Shown piece after piece: positions 1-8,259 of a stretch of 45,253 nt of DNA. Made by a program: the position numbers and the translations under genes. The DNA lies in IMG/VR virus record IMGVR_UViG_3300005300_000013, positions 1-45,253 of that record; one strand, given 5' to 3'. This stretch comes from a virus. Its lineage: Duplodnaviria > Caudoviricetes. The notes below the pieces were generated by a model. That model did no database searches. It had not been told where the DNA came from and saw nothing but the letters and a program-made list of their open reading frames with translations. Position 1 is the first letter of the stretch, and each line of letters opens with the position of its first letter.

Positions 1-25
1 ACCGTCAAAAGATTAGGGAGTAAAG

Positions 26-62
26 CCGCCGCCGGTTTAATGCCGGCGGCGGTTTGTTTTTT
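26..62 (+). terminator. Rho-independent terminator
   Basis: 10-bp perfect stem CCGCCGCCGG/CCGGCGGCGG (26-35/43-52), 7-nt loop, followed by a T-rich tract. Confidence 0.8.
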
Positions 63-86
63 AATCGCACCATTTTGGGATTAAAA

Positions 87-110
87 CCGCACACCGAAAT
101 TGGTGTGCGG
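87..110. promoter_or_regulatory. Inverted repeat (operator or leader hairpin) upstream of first gene
   Basis: CCGCACACC-gaaatt-GGTGTGCGG, 9-bp perfect arms, just before the AGGAGG RBS of 135..536. Confidence 0.45.
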
Positions 111-134
111 AAAAAATCAAAGGAGGGATGAAGT

Positions 135-536
135 ATGCGTAAGGTGAATGCAACAACGGTAGTGTTTGAGTTGGATGAATTGGATGGCTACATCCCGAAG
201 GAACTTGACGAGATGAAGCTGGTCAAACTGTTCGCTCCCGACGAAGGAATTTACCGAGAATTCCAACTCTCCTACGAACAAGCGGAAATTTACATTCGCA
301 TCCACAATCCGCACTGGAGCCGCAAAAATGACATCGCACCGGTGGAAATCACTGTTGTGCTGAAAACCTACCCCCAAGATTTCGCCGAGTTGGTAACACA
401 GTCGCTGAACACGCTAAGACAAGCAACAGAAGACGGCTTGTTTGATGAACTCGTAAATGCCATACACATGACACGATTTCTTGAAACTTGGGTGGAGAAA
501 ATCGTAAAGCGCATTCTCGTAGAGCAAAACAAGTAA
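135..536 (+). CDS. Hypothetical early protein (133 aa)
   Basis: AAGGAGG RBS, ATG start, bounded by two terminator hairpins; no motif recognised. Confidence 0.8.
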   Translation: MRKVNATTVVFELDELDGYIPKELDEMKLVKLFAPDEGIYREFQLSYEQAEIYIRIHNPHWSRKNDIAPVEITVVLKTYPQDFAELVTQSLNTLRQATEDGLFDELVNAIHMTRFLETWVEKIVKRILVEQNK

Positions 537-545
537 AGAACAACA

Positions 546-577
546 ACCCCGCCGCCTCGTGCGGCGGGGTCTTTTTT
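546..577 (+). terminator. Rho-independent terminator
   Basis: ACCCCGCCGC-ctcgt-GCGGCGGGGT 10-bp stem followed by CTTTTTT. Confidence 0.85.
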
Positions 578-592
578 GAGGAGGTGCAAACC

Positions 593-925
593 ATGCCGAA
601 AATTAAAGCAGACAGAGTAGTTGTGCTGAAGTATAGGACAAAGTTCACTCACCCGTGGGGTGCAAGAGGGGATGTTGTCGCCTTAGTTGGGGACGAAATT
701 GTGCGGTTTGAAAACATTTGTTTGTGTGGTTGGTGTTGTAGGACATGTAAACTGCAGGGGGAGGTGCTTCAGGCGGCTTATGAGGCTGAATTGGCTTCAG
801 ATAGGTTGGGTGAGTTGACCAATGTTAGTCGGGCTTGGTGGAGATACTTGCGTGGAACAAGGGGGAAATGGGTAATAATACTAAGGGACGGCGAAAAAAT
901 TATAGGATATGTTAAGGAGGGATAA
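593..925 (+). CDS. Hypothetical Cys-rich protein (CxCxxCCxxC)
   Basis: ATG at 593 after GGAGGTG; the longer ORF from 488 would read through the terminator. Confidence 0.75.
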   Translation: MPKIKADRVVVLKYRTKFTHPWGARGDVVALVGDEIVRFENICLCGWCCRTCKLQGEVLQAAYEAELASDRLGELTNVSRAWWRYLRGTRGKWVIILRDGEKIIGYVKEG

Positions 926-928
926 AGG

Positions 929-2092
929 ATGAAGTTGATTGGTGCAAAAATTGGAAGCATGACTGAAGCACTTCGTTTTATCGGTTCAGAAGAATACGGG
1001 GCAAGGCTCGTTGTAATCTGGAGTTACCCCGGGGAAGGAAAAACGGTGCTTGCACACTTGTTTGCCGAGCAAATGGGGATGGAGGTTGTAGAGGTTCGTG
1101 CAACAAGACTGGTGCCAGAAGATGTCGGCGGCTTCCCAACCGCTAACTACGACCAAAAAGTTATGAGTTTCTTCCCTCCAGAATGGCTGCCCAAAATTTT
1201 CTTTACCGACAAGCGTGTCTTGGTTATTATGGACGAACTTAACGATGCACGGCAAGATGTCATACACGCCTTGCAAGGTATCGTGTGTGACATTTTCGCT
1301 GTTCAAGACACACACGGTTTACTGCAATACGGAATTGAGCGAAAGCCAAATCGCAGGGTGTGGTTCGTTGCGTTAGCAAATCCGCCCGGCGTGTCTCGTG
1401 GTGACTACCCTCTAACATTAGCCTTTTGCAACCGTGCAGCACATTTTACGCTTGTTCCAGACGAAGAGGACGATGAAAGGTGGCTTGACTGGATGGTTGA
1501 ACGGAAAACGAAAGACTTGCCCGTCATACAGCACCCACCGATAGAAAAACAAAGAGAAAACTTCCTGCAGGCTAACATGCTGATAACCGCATTCCTTCGT
1601 GTATTTCCACAATACCGCAGAAAAGTTGAAATCAAGCGGGATGAACCTGTCTACCCCAGTAGGCGAACATGGGATATCTGCGCAAGGATGATGGCATTAA
1701 CCGAAATGACGCAAGCGGAATGGGAACTCGTGGTAAGCGCAACAGTCGGTTCCAACATTGCAGCGGCATTTCTTGAATACATGCAAAGCACGGATATCCC
1801 ACCAATAACAGAAGTCATCAAAAATCCATCCATACTCAAAGATTACCTGTCGCCACAAAGACCCGACATCGCATACTCAATCGTCAGTGGCGTGTGCGCA
1901 ATTGTTGCGTCAATGGGAAGCGAAGAACTTGTAGATTTCATTAGAAACGGAACATTTCAGACATTGATGTCGCACTATAAGAACGCATACCTGTCGGATA
2001 TGGCGGAGAAACTTCGCAGTTCGGTAGCAAAGTGCCTTCTCGAGGAAGGCATACTTGATGCCGATGTCGTGGCAGAAGTAAACAAAAAGTAG
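929..2092 (+). CDS. MoxR/AAA_5-type AAA+ ATPase
   Basis: Walker A YPGEGKT, Walker B MDELN, sensor ANPP, Arg finger NR, PSRRTW motif; next to a VWA partner. Confidence 0.9.
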   Translation: MKLIGAKIGSMTEALRFIGSEEYGARLVVIWSYPGEGKTVLAHLFAEQMGMEVVEVRATRLVPEDVGGFPTANYDQKVMSFFPPEWLPKIFFTDKRVLVIMDELNDARQDVIHALQGIVCDIFAVQDTHGLLQYGIERKPNRRVWFVALANPPGVSRGDYPLTLAFCNRAAHFTLVPDEEDDERWLDWMVERKTKDLPVIQHPPIEKQRENFLQANMLITAFLRVFPQYRRKVEIKRDEPVYPSRRTWDICARMMALTEMTQAEWELVVSATVGSNIAAAFLEYMQSTDIPPITEVIKNPSILKDYLSPQRPDIAYSIVSGVCAIVASMGSEELVDFIRNGTFQTLMSHYKNAYLSDMAEKLRSSVAKCLLEEGILDADVVAEVNKK

Positions 2093-2097
2093 GAGGG

Positions 2098-3291
2098 ATG
2101 GATATGGAGAAAATTTACGCTAAATTAGAGAAATCACGGGCATATGTCCGAAAAAACTTCCCGTATCTTTACCCGTATGCAATACACATGAAACCACACA
2201 TCAGAGAACTCCCGTTCAAAAGCATGGCAGTGGATGAAGCGTGGCGTTTATACATCGACCCTGAGCAGGAAAACTCACCCGACGAACTTTTCATTTTCAT
2301 CTACACGCACGAGTTGCTTCACCTCGTTCTTGAACATTCCGAACGAATGAGGCGGTTTCCAATAGCAATCGCCAACACCGCAGCAGATTTGGCTGTGAAC
2401 AGTCTACTGAGGAGAATGTTCAAGGACGGTGAAGAAATACTCAAAGGGAAGAAATACGGTTTTAGGTTCGTAACGCCAGACAGTTACGGCTTCAAGTGGG
2501 ACTTGACGGCGGAAGAATATGCTGAATTGTTGATGCAAAAGAAAAGGAGAAAGAAAGGAAGGCAAGGAAACGGTGAGGAGATGTTGGTAACCGAAAATGA
2601 AGGTAGCGGCGTAACAGGGCGGAAAGCAGATTTTGAAATCCACGATGCAGAGAAAATACCCCAAAGCAGGAAGGAAACAATACGGAAACAGGCAAGTCAA
2701 ATCGCACAAAAGTTTGCTGGAGACATACCGGGAAACTTGTTAATACACCTTGAAGTTAAAGAGGAGCAGCCCAAGGTTGATTGGAAACAAAGATTGCGCA
2801 GGGTTGTAAGTAAAGCAAAAGAACCAACCATACTTGAACGGGACTTTCACCGACAACGCCGTGGATTACCGCCCAAAATCGTCGTTCCTTCATACCAATT
2901 CAAACCCACAAACGAGGTTGGGGTCATCATAGACACATCCGGCTCTATGTCGGAAAAAGAACTGGAAATGGCACTTACTGAACTCAGGGGAATTCTGGAA
3001 ACATCCTGTAGGGTTGATGTCGTGTGTGCGGATACATGCCTGAAAGGAGAACCAAAACCGGTGCGAAATGTAAGAGAGATTGAGTTGGAAGGCGGAGGTG
3101 GAACAGACATGGTGGGGGCGATAAAGGAACTGCTGTCGTTCAAGAGATACGACATCGTGATTGTCATCACGGACGGATATTGCGACTGGGACGGCATAGA
3201 GGACATTGTCGGAACAAAAATCATCGTCGTTGTCATAGGCGACAAAGAGTTAGAACTTCCTGTAGAAGTCATAAACATCGGAGGTGATTGA
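2098..3291 (+). CDS. DUF2201-type protein: HEXXH metallopeptidase-like N-domain plus VWA domain
   Basis: THELLHLVLEH, N-x-AAD-x-x-VN, MIDAS DTSGSM, GGGGTD and ITDG motifs. Confidence 0.9.
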   Translation: MDMEKIYAKLEKSRAYVRKNFPYLYPYAIHMKPHIRELPFKSMAVDEAWRLYIDPEQENSPDELFIFIYTHELLHLVLEHSERMRRFPIAIANTAADLAVNSLLRRMFKDGEEILKGKKYGFRFVTPDSYGFKWDLTAEEYAELLMQKKRRKKGRQGNGEEMLVTENEGSGVTGRKADFEIHDAEKIPQSRKETIRKQASQIAQKFAGDIPGNLLIHLEVKEEQPKVDWKQRLRRVVSKAKEPTILERDFHRQRRGLPPKIVVPSYQFKPTNEVGVIIDTSGSMSEKELEMALTELRGILETSCRVDVVCADTCLKGEPKPVRNVREIELEGGGGTDMVGAIKELLSFKRYDIVIVITDGYCDWDGIEDIVGTKIIVVVIGDKELELPVEVINIGGD

Positions 3292-3293
3292 CG

Positions 3294-3806
3294 ATGATAT
3301 GGGAGTTTATACTCCCGAAAGAAAACTCAATCGTAAGGAAACTAAGGCAATGCCAAGATTGCGACTTTTCCTTTTACATGCTGCGAAAAATAAATAGGTG
3401 CCTAATACGGATGGGATACAAAGATTACACGCTCATCCCCAAAAAGATAACAACACACATGCAACATCTATACAGCCTACATGTCGTCCGAAGAGGTAAA
3501 CCAAACATGATAGCAATCGGAGTCCATGAAACATATAGCAACAGACAAATGTATATGACACGGCTTGTTTATGACTTGTTTGTCGTATTAGAATTCTTCC
3601 CTGTATACCACTCTGGCAATGTTGTCCACGCATTCACGCTTAGTAGGGAAACGGAAATCTATGTAACAATTCTGGAAACTGGATACACGAAATTTACACT
3701 AATGCGAGGCGGACAGAAGATTGTTGATAAAACAGTAATAATAGACCATACCGTAGAAACACTAATATCTTTGTTGTCGCTACTTAAAAACTCACAGGAG
3801 GAGTAA
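3294..3806 (+). CDS. Hypothetical protein, CxxC paralogue A
   Basis: GGAGGTG RBS before ATG 3294; CQDC-x6-LRKIN motif. Confidence 0.75.
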   Translation: MIWEFILPKENSIVRKLRQCQDCDFSFYMLRKINRCLIRMGYKDYTLIPKKITTHMQHLYSLHVVRRGKPNMIAIGVHETYSNRQMYMTRLVYDLFVVLEFFPVYHSGNVVHAFTLSRETEIYVTILETGYTKFTLMRGGQKIVDKTVIIDHTVETLISLLSLLKNSQEE

Positions 3807-3822
3807 AGGAGGGACAACGATT

Positions 3823-4383
3823 ATGTCAAAAGAGACGAGAATTATATCGGTTATTAGAAACAAAAACACCATCATGAGTTGTCCGCAGTGTTCATTGCTG
3901 CTTAAATGTATCCGTAAAGTCAACAGTGCGTGGAAGAGAATTCATGGGCAACCGAGACTTATCCCTTCTGTGTATCTCTACACGCCGGATAATCACATAC
4001 GGAGAATAGTGGTCTATGTTAACAACAAATCGGAAATTTTGCCGACAATGCATATCTTGTCGCCACACGAAGCAAGGCTAAAGGGTGTTTTATATACATT
4101 ACTCGAAACAATCGTTTACTTTAACGGAGAACAACATGAATTGGATTTGGAGCCAAAGGCTGGTATTTACGACGATGACGAGATATACATAGATTGCGGA
4201 GTGAGCACGATATGCGTCATCAAATATCCAGCAGAAACCATAGACATTTACTCACAAGGGTGTTTGATTGTAACAAACGAAACCTGCTTCTACGGTGATA
4301 TGTTGGGGTTGTTGGAAAAAGCCGTTATGGTCGTAAGTTTGGTCATAGCAAAGGAGGATGATTACTATGAAGTATGTGAGTAA
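3823..4383 (+). CDS. Hypothetical protein, CxxC paralogue B
   Basis: AGGAGG RBS; CPQC-x6-IRKVN motif. Confidence 0.75.
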   Translation: MSKETRIISVIRNKNTIMSCPQCSLLLKCIRKVNSAWKRIHGQPRLIPSVYLYTPDNHIRRIVVYVNNKSEILPTMHILSPHEARLKGVLYTLLETIVYFNGEQHELDLEPKAGIYDDDEIYIDCGVSTICVIKYPAETIDIYSQGCLIVTNETCFYGDMLGLLEKAVMVVSLVIAKEDDYYEVCE

Positions 4384-4867
4384 CAAAGATGTGATTAAGA
4401 GTGCAATGCGGCACACACAAGAATGTGGGCTCTGTGAGTTCATTCCCAGTGTCTTAAGGGCTTACAACAGAACCGCAAAAAAACTGGGAATGGAACAACT
4501 AAGAATTGAGGCAGTTAGGGTTCCACCAAGCGGTCACATAACAGGAATTAAATTAAATGGAGTGAAAATAGAACTTGTAATGACCAGCGAAAGACTACCA
4601 CTGTTCATAAACTCCCTAATGTCAATAACCTGCAGGGAAAAGAGAAAATACTCCGTGGGAAGATACTACATGAATAGAAACCTGATGGCTATTTATGTCA
4701 CGAAAGATGGTATATTCATAACAACATTCTTCGCCTACTTGGATAAATGGTTACTCTCCACTACTATTAAAGGTGAAGCAATTGTCGTTTCACCAGAAAA
4801 AGCAATAGAAATGTTCCTGTGTAAGATAAAACTGAGCGAAATAGGAGGGACAGAACATGACTGGTGA
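4367..4867 (+). CDS. Hypothetical protein, CxxC paralogue C
   Basis: AAGGAGG RBS 9 nt before ATG 4367; CGLC-x6-LRAYN motif. Confidence 0.75.
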   Translation: MKYVSNKDVIKSAMRHTQECGLCEFIPSVLRAYNRTAKKLGMEQLRIEAVRVPPSGHITGIKLNGVKIELVMTSERLPLFINSLMSITCREKRKYSVGRYYMNRNLMAIYVTKDGIFITTFFAYLDKWLLSTTIKGEAIVVSPEKAIEMFLCKIKLSEIGGTEHDW

Positions 4868-5453
4868 AATATTGGATAAAATCATAGAGATACTCAGTAG
4901 GTTGAACATATTCTCTTGGTTGTCAATATGGAGGACAGCAAAAAAGATAAGACCGTTTATGAAGAAAGCCTACGAATTTCTGGAAAGGAGCGGTTGTAAA
5001 AACTTGATAGTCTCCGTTGAAAACGTTCCCTATTACAGTTCCATAATGGTCAGAATTTACAAGGTCTACCCCGATGGACAAACTTACATGTTACTATACA
5101 CATTCGTTGACGAAAAGAACTGGTGGAGTGACCTTTGGTGGTTCGCAACTGCTTTGGTTAGACAGGTTTTTGATAGCATACGGGACGATATGTATATGCT
5201 GACAATATCTGAGGACATATCCCCAACAGAGAGAATGCTGCAGTTGATAGTCAGAAAAACATCATTGTTCACAGATGTCATGACCATACACATGAAAATC
5301 CCCAAACACCCAGAAACAGATTTCATGCAAACGCCCATCACGCTCAGTTACACAGCCCTGAAAACACAATCACACATAACCATCAGGTTTGGGGAAATAT
5401 TTGATGTCCTTTGGGGCATACTTTGCCTGACTGCAAACACTGACGATGTTTAA
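4857..5453 (+). CDS. Hypothetical protein (possible degenerate fourth paralogue)
   Basis: AGGAGG RBS, overlaps previous stop; shares RTAKK(I/L) with paralogue C, lacks CxxC. Confidence 0.7.
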   Translation: MTGEILDKIIEILSRLNIFSWLSIWRTAKKIRPFMKKAYEFLERSGCKNLIVSVENVPYYSSIMVRIYKVYPDGQTYMLLYTFVDEKNWWSDLWWFATALVRQVFDSIRDDMYMLTISEDISPTERMLQLIVRKTSLFTDVMTIHMKIPKHPETDFMQTPITLSYTALKTQSHITIRFGEIFDVLWGILCLTANTDDV

Positions 5454-5467
5454 AAAGGCAGAGACCG

Positions 5468-5476
5468 TGATAAAAT
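5468..5476 (+). promoter_or_regulatory. Putative extended -10 promoter (TGnTAAAAT)
   Basis: TGATAAAAT in the short intergenic gap before the phosphoesterase gene. Confidence 0.45.
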
Positions 5477-5497
5477 AAGAGTGAGGTGATTTTCGTC

Positions 5498-6355
5498 ATG
5501 GGTAAATTAGAAGTTACAACGGTCACTGAAAAGACATCTGTCAAGATTAAGGCTAAATCGCACTCAAAAATCGTCGTCTTCGGTGATGTCCATGTCCCCT
5601 TTCAAGACGAAGACGCCGTTGAAATGTTCCTAACAATCGCAAAGTCTGCCAAACCAGACGCAATAATTTCATGTGGAGACTTCGTTGATTTCTACGCTAT
5701 AAGCAGACACCTTCGGACACCGCAAAGAAGGCTGTTGCTCGCAGAAGAAATAAGGCAAGCGAAAATCTTGCTCCAGAGAATTAAATCTACATTCCCAAAG
5801 GCTGTGAGGATTTTTATGTGTGGCAACCACGAATACAGGCTCCGCTCATACATATACTCAAAAGCAGTTGAATTAGTTGGATTGCCGGAACTTGAGTTGG
5901 AAAGGCTCCTCGGATTAGAAGATTGGATATTCCTCGATTACCAAGATTACCCGCAACCAATCAACAACGATACTGCGCCGACAGTTTACCTTGGCAATTT
6001 GATAATCCAACATGGAGCGAGAATGGGGATTTCAGGAAACGCAGTAAACACAGCACGATGTATCTTCTTGAGGACGCTGAGGAACATACTGTGCTTTCAT
6101 TGGCACCACTTCTCCCAATATCTCCAAATGGACTACACAGGCTCAATCCGTGGCGCATGGGTTCTGCCATGTCTTGCACTGCCAAGACCGCATTACGATA
6201 ACGCAAGGATTTTCGCACAAGGGTTTGGGGTTATTGAACTCTATCCAGACGAGTCTTTCAGGGTGATACCGATAATCTTCATCAACAAAGACGGTATGCT
6301 CATTGCAAGTTACGAGGGTAAACAATACGAAGTAAAAAGGAGGTCATTGACATGA
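5498..6355 (+). CDS. Calcineurin-like metallophosphoesterase
   Basis: GDVH, GDFVD, GNHE, HG and FHWHH motifs; GAGGTG RBS before ATG 5498. Confidence 0.9.
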   Translation: MGKLEVTTVTEKTSVKIKAKSHSKIVVFGDVHVPFQDEDAVEMFLTIAKSAKPDAIISCGDFVDFYAISRHLRTPQRRLLLAEEIRQAKILLQRIKSTFPKAVRIFMCGNHEYRLRSYIYSKAVELVGLPELELERLLGLEDWIFLDYQDYPQPINNDTAPTVYLGNLIIQHGARMGISGNAVNTARCIFLRTLRNILCFHWHHFSQYLQMDYTGSIRGAWVLPCLALPRPHYDNARIFAQGFGVIELYPDESFRVIPIIFINKDGMLIASYEGKQYEVKRRSLT

Positions 6356-6942
6356 AGTATGTCGGGATTGACTTGGGGCTTAAGCGTGTCGGTTATGTAG
6401 TTTACAAAGCCGGCGTAATCACAGACGCCGGTGTAATTAACATTTCAGACTTCCATGATTTGTTCTCGTGGGCTAAAAGTATGCTTCCGGGTGAAACAGT
6501 TATCGTGGAGGTGCCAGTTCCTTTCGGTCGCTCACCGACAACAATCCTTCAAATGGCAGCACAAGTCGGTATCATCTGGACAGTCACCGAAGAAATCATC
6601 TGCCTCACCAGACCCGAAATCAAAACAGCACTTGTTGGAACGCCGAGGGCAAAAGACAAAGATGTCAGAGCCGCACTTAAGTTGAAACTGGAAAACTATG
6701 ACTTGCTTGTTGAACATGGCGTTAAAATTAAGGGAGATGCGTGGTCTGCACTTGCGGCGTTGGTGGCATATCTTGAAAAACCGGAGATTGCCGACAAAGG
6801 TCAGTCGCAAGTATGGAACAGACTTACAGCAAAAAGAAACGAACAAGGATGTGCGCACTTGCTAACAACGCAGCATGTCTTAGACGACGAAGAAGAATTC
6901 ATTAAACTCATGAAGGAGGCGAACCAAGATGGCATGGATTAA
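6352..6942 (+). CDS. RuvC-like Holliday junction resolvase
   Basis: YVGIDLG, VIVE, IK-x4-G-x3-AKDKDV and DAWSAL motifs of the RuvC family. Confidence 0.8.
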   Translation: MKYVGIDLGLKRVGYVVYKAGVITDAGVINISDFHDLFSWAKSMLPGETVIVEVPVPFGRSPTTILQMAAQVGIIWTVTEEIICLTRPEIKTALVGTPRAKDKDVRAALKLKLENYDLLVEHGVKIKGDAWSALAALVAYLEKPEIADKGQSQVWNRLTAKRNEQGCAHLLTTQHVLDDEEEFIKLMKEANQDGMD

Positions 6943-7261
6943 AGTAAAAGTCAGAGGGCAACCGTTCTTGGTTAACGGAGACACCGTCCTCGCTTTCACG
7001 GAAAAACAGACACCGTCGGGCAAGAAACTTGTAATCGCACTAATAAATGGAACGACAATTGAAGTTGACGGAACGGAATGGACACTTGAGGCGCTCGAAA
7101 GTATTATCGGTGAAGTCCACGACCTAACACAAAAACCGTCACCCCTGTTTACCCCATTTGAGTTCACCCAGTTGACAAATCTGAGCGAGTTGACGAGTTT
7201 AAGTGAATTGTTTGGCCCAACAGAAGAAGGGGGCGAAGAAAATGAAGGAAGCGAAGATTAA
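6929..7261 (+). CDS. Small protein with weak FlbD-like pattern and acidic tail
   Basis: AAGGAGG RBS; WIKV..GQPFLVN.D.V..F.E...VI.LING pattern; family call is weak. Confidence 0.6.
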   Translation: MAWIKVKVRGQPFLVNGDTVLAFTEKQTPSGKKLVIALINGTTIEVDGTEWTLEALESIIGEVHDLTQKPSPLFTPFEFTQLTNLSELTSLSELFGPTEEGGEENEGSED

Positions 7262-7838
7262 ATTTACTACACTTGCATTTGAATATGTCAAGAAACCAGA
7301 AAGACAAAATCTGGCAAAGAGGCTGAACTGCGACTTCGTGTTGTCTATCCACTTCAACTCCGCATCAAACCCGCAAGCAGACTACTCACTTGCCATTTAC
7401 AATAAACCGCAGGCAAAGCAGGCAGCAAAGGAATTGGCTGAGTTGTGCGCCACGCTGTTCACTTACCCCAAAAACCACAAAGTCGTGAATGTCCGTGAGT
7501 GGAACAGGGCATCTTTCATTTCCAAATACGAAATGCCATGTGTGTTGCTTGAAATCTGCTTTATAAGTAACTCCCAAAGCGCGCTCTTCCTCCACGGAAA
7601 CCAGAGGGCGGTGGCTAAGATGGTTGCGGCAAAGTTGCTCGAACTTGCCATCAAAAATCACTGGTCAGTTGTCGGAATTGACCCTGGTCACCTGCATAGA
7701 GGTTACCCAGACCCCGGTGCAAGGTGTGTGATGGGAGACACGGAAGCACAGCATGTTGAAAGTTTCGTGGAAATGCTGTATGACGGATTAGAAGAACTAT
7801 CCAGACAGGGAGATGTCAAGATTGTCTTAGAATTCTGA
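7242..7838 (+). CDS. N-acetylmuramoyl-L-alanine amidase (Amidase_3), circularly permuted
   Basis: DFVLSIHFNS and PCVLLEICFISN come before IDPGH...DPGA...E; GGGGG RBS before ATG 7242. Confidence 0.85.
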   Translation: MKEAKIKFTTLAFEYVKKPERQNLAKRLNCDFVLSIHFNSASNPQADYSLAIYNKPQAKQAAKELAELCATLFTYPKNHKVVNVREWNRASFISKYEMPCVLLEICFISNSQSALFLHGNQRAVAKMVAAKLLELAIKNHWSVVGIDPGHLHRGYPDPGARCVMGDTEAQHVESFVEMLYDGLEELSRQGDVKIVLEF

Positions 7839-7913
7839 GGGGGTAGTTGCGTAATGAAGCAGCGTAACCATGTAACCAGATGTAACCATAAGTGTAACCT
7901 GCCAAAAACAAGG

Positions 7914-8117
7914 GTAGGGTTGTATATTTGCCTTATTTTATTTACTTTTTGGGGTGGGATAGTCACACAGGTTACAAAGTTACAAAGTTACACCTGTATA
8001 GGGACACCCCCACACACACACACACACACACACACCCATACATACATACCCCACACCGCGTAACTTTGTAACCAAGTAACAAAACGCAAGCAAAATAAGG
8101 CAAATATACAACCCTAC
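7914..8117. repeat. 26-bp perfect inverted repeat pair
   Basis: GTAGGGTTGTATATTTGCCTTATTTT (7914-7939) and its reverse complement (8092-8117). Confidence 0.95.
8011..8034. repeat. (CA)12 microsatellite
   Basis: Direct reading; followed by (ATAC)3. Confidence 0.95.
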
Positions 8118-8259
8118 TTGGTTACAGTCAATGTAACCTGAGTGTAACCAAGTGTAACCTGAGTGTAACCTTGTTGCCTGAGGTGGTGAGGGGGAGATGT
8201 TTAAACCTGCCCCTTAGGGGGTAACATGCAACCAAGAAAGGGTAAGGAGGGAAGATATC

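Larger units (their letters stand above)
7860..8230. promoter_or_regulatory. Putative replication origin (GTAAC repeats plus inverted repeat)
   Basis: Longest non-coding gap in the window; 16 GTAAC/GTTAC pentamers; directly upstream of the primase-helicase. Confidence 0.65.

Noticed and set aside
6408-6436. GCCGGYGTAAT direct repeat and small hairpin in the RuvC gene
   Set aside because: Short and explained by the AGVI-TD-AGVI peptide repeat
7854-8063. 69-aa ORF with a (HT)n run
   Set aside because: By-product of the CA tract and repeats; weak RBS
7860-8170. GTAAC repeats as a CRISPR mini-array
   Set aside because: Repeats are 5-10 bp, in both orientations, with no unique ~30-40 bp spacers
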